Shown piece by piece: positions 38,315 through 38,389 of a stretch of 38,389 nt of DNA. Origin of the DNA: Enterobacteria phage SfI. The stretch is taken from the sequence record JX509734; one strand, given 5' to 3'. How positions within the stretch are numbered: the first letter of the stretch is position 1; each line of letters opens with the position of its first letter. A program made the position numbers and the translations under genes. The notes under the pieces are model-generated. The model searched no databases. It saw only the letters and a list, made by a program, of their open reading frames with translations, and was not told the origin of the DNA.

Positions 38315-38389
38315 GAACCAGTTCCCACTGCCAGAGGGGAGGGGCGGGTCAAATCTCTGTGACCTGACGTCTTCCGGACTGCCCGCCCC

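Overview
The window reads as an essentially complete ~38.4-kb temperate, lambdoid-mosaic phage genome, apparently linearised at or near its packaging site, with no flanking host DNA recognised. Left to right: an HK97-type packaging/head module (TerS, TerL, portal, prohead protease, major capsid, head-tail adaptors); a Mu-type contractile-tail module (sheath, tube, frameshifted chaperone pair, tape measure, DNA-circularisation and baseplate proteins, tail fibre and its assembly chaperone); a minus-strand gtrABC O-antigen glucosylation (serotype-conversion) cassette; an attP carrying the 3-prime 46 nt of a thrW-type tRNA-Thr; P22-type int/xis; a leftward pL operon with accessory genes (TraR-like, a TGT-fold/DpdA-like protein) followed by lambda-type exo/bet/gam/kil/cIII/ea10/ral/N; rexB/rexA/cI; oR; cro/cII/O (with ori iterons)/P/ren/nin genes (including a Dam-like methyltransferase) and a Q-like antiterminator; two tRNA genes; a phage-21-type lysis cassette (pinholin S, SAR endolysin R, Rz/Rz1); two unknown moron ORFs; and an HNH endonuclease at the right end. 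Most notable: a 29-bp tandem duplication that frameshifts the head-tail connector gene; a DpdA/TGT-like gene in the int-proximal accessory region; a clean -1 slippery heptamer in the tail chaperone pair; and several AT-rich moron-like insertions. All identifications come from reading translations and motifs by eye and from memory of lambda, P22, phage 21, HK97 and Mu proteins; no database search or computation was run, and coordinates of non-ORF features were counted by hand.
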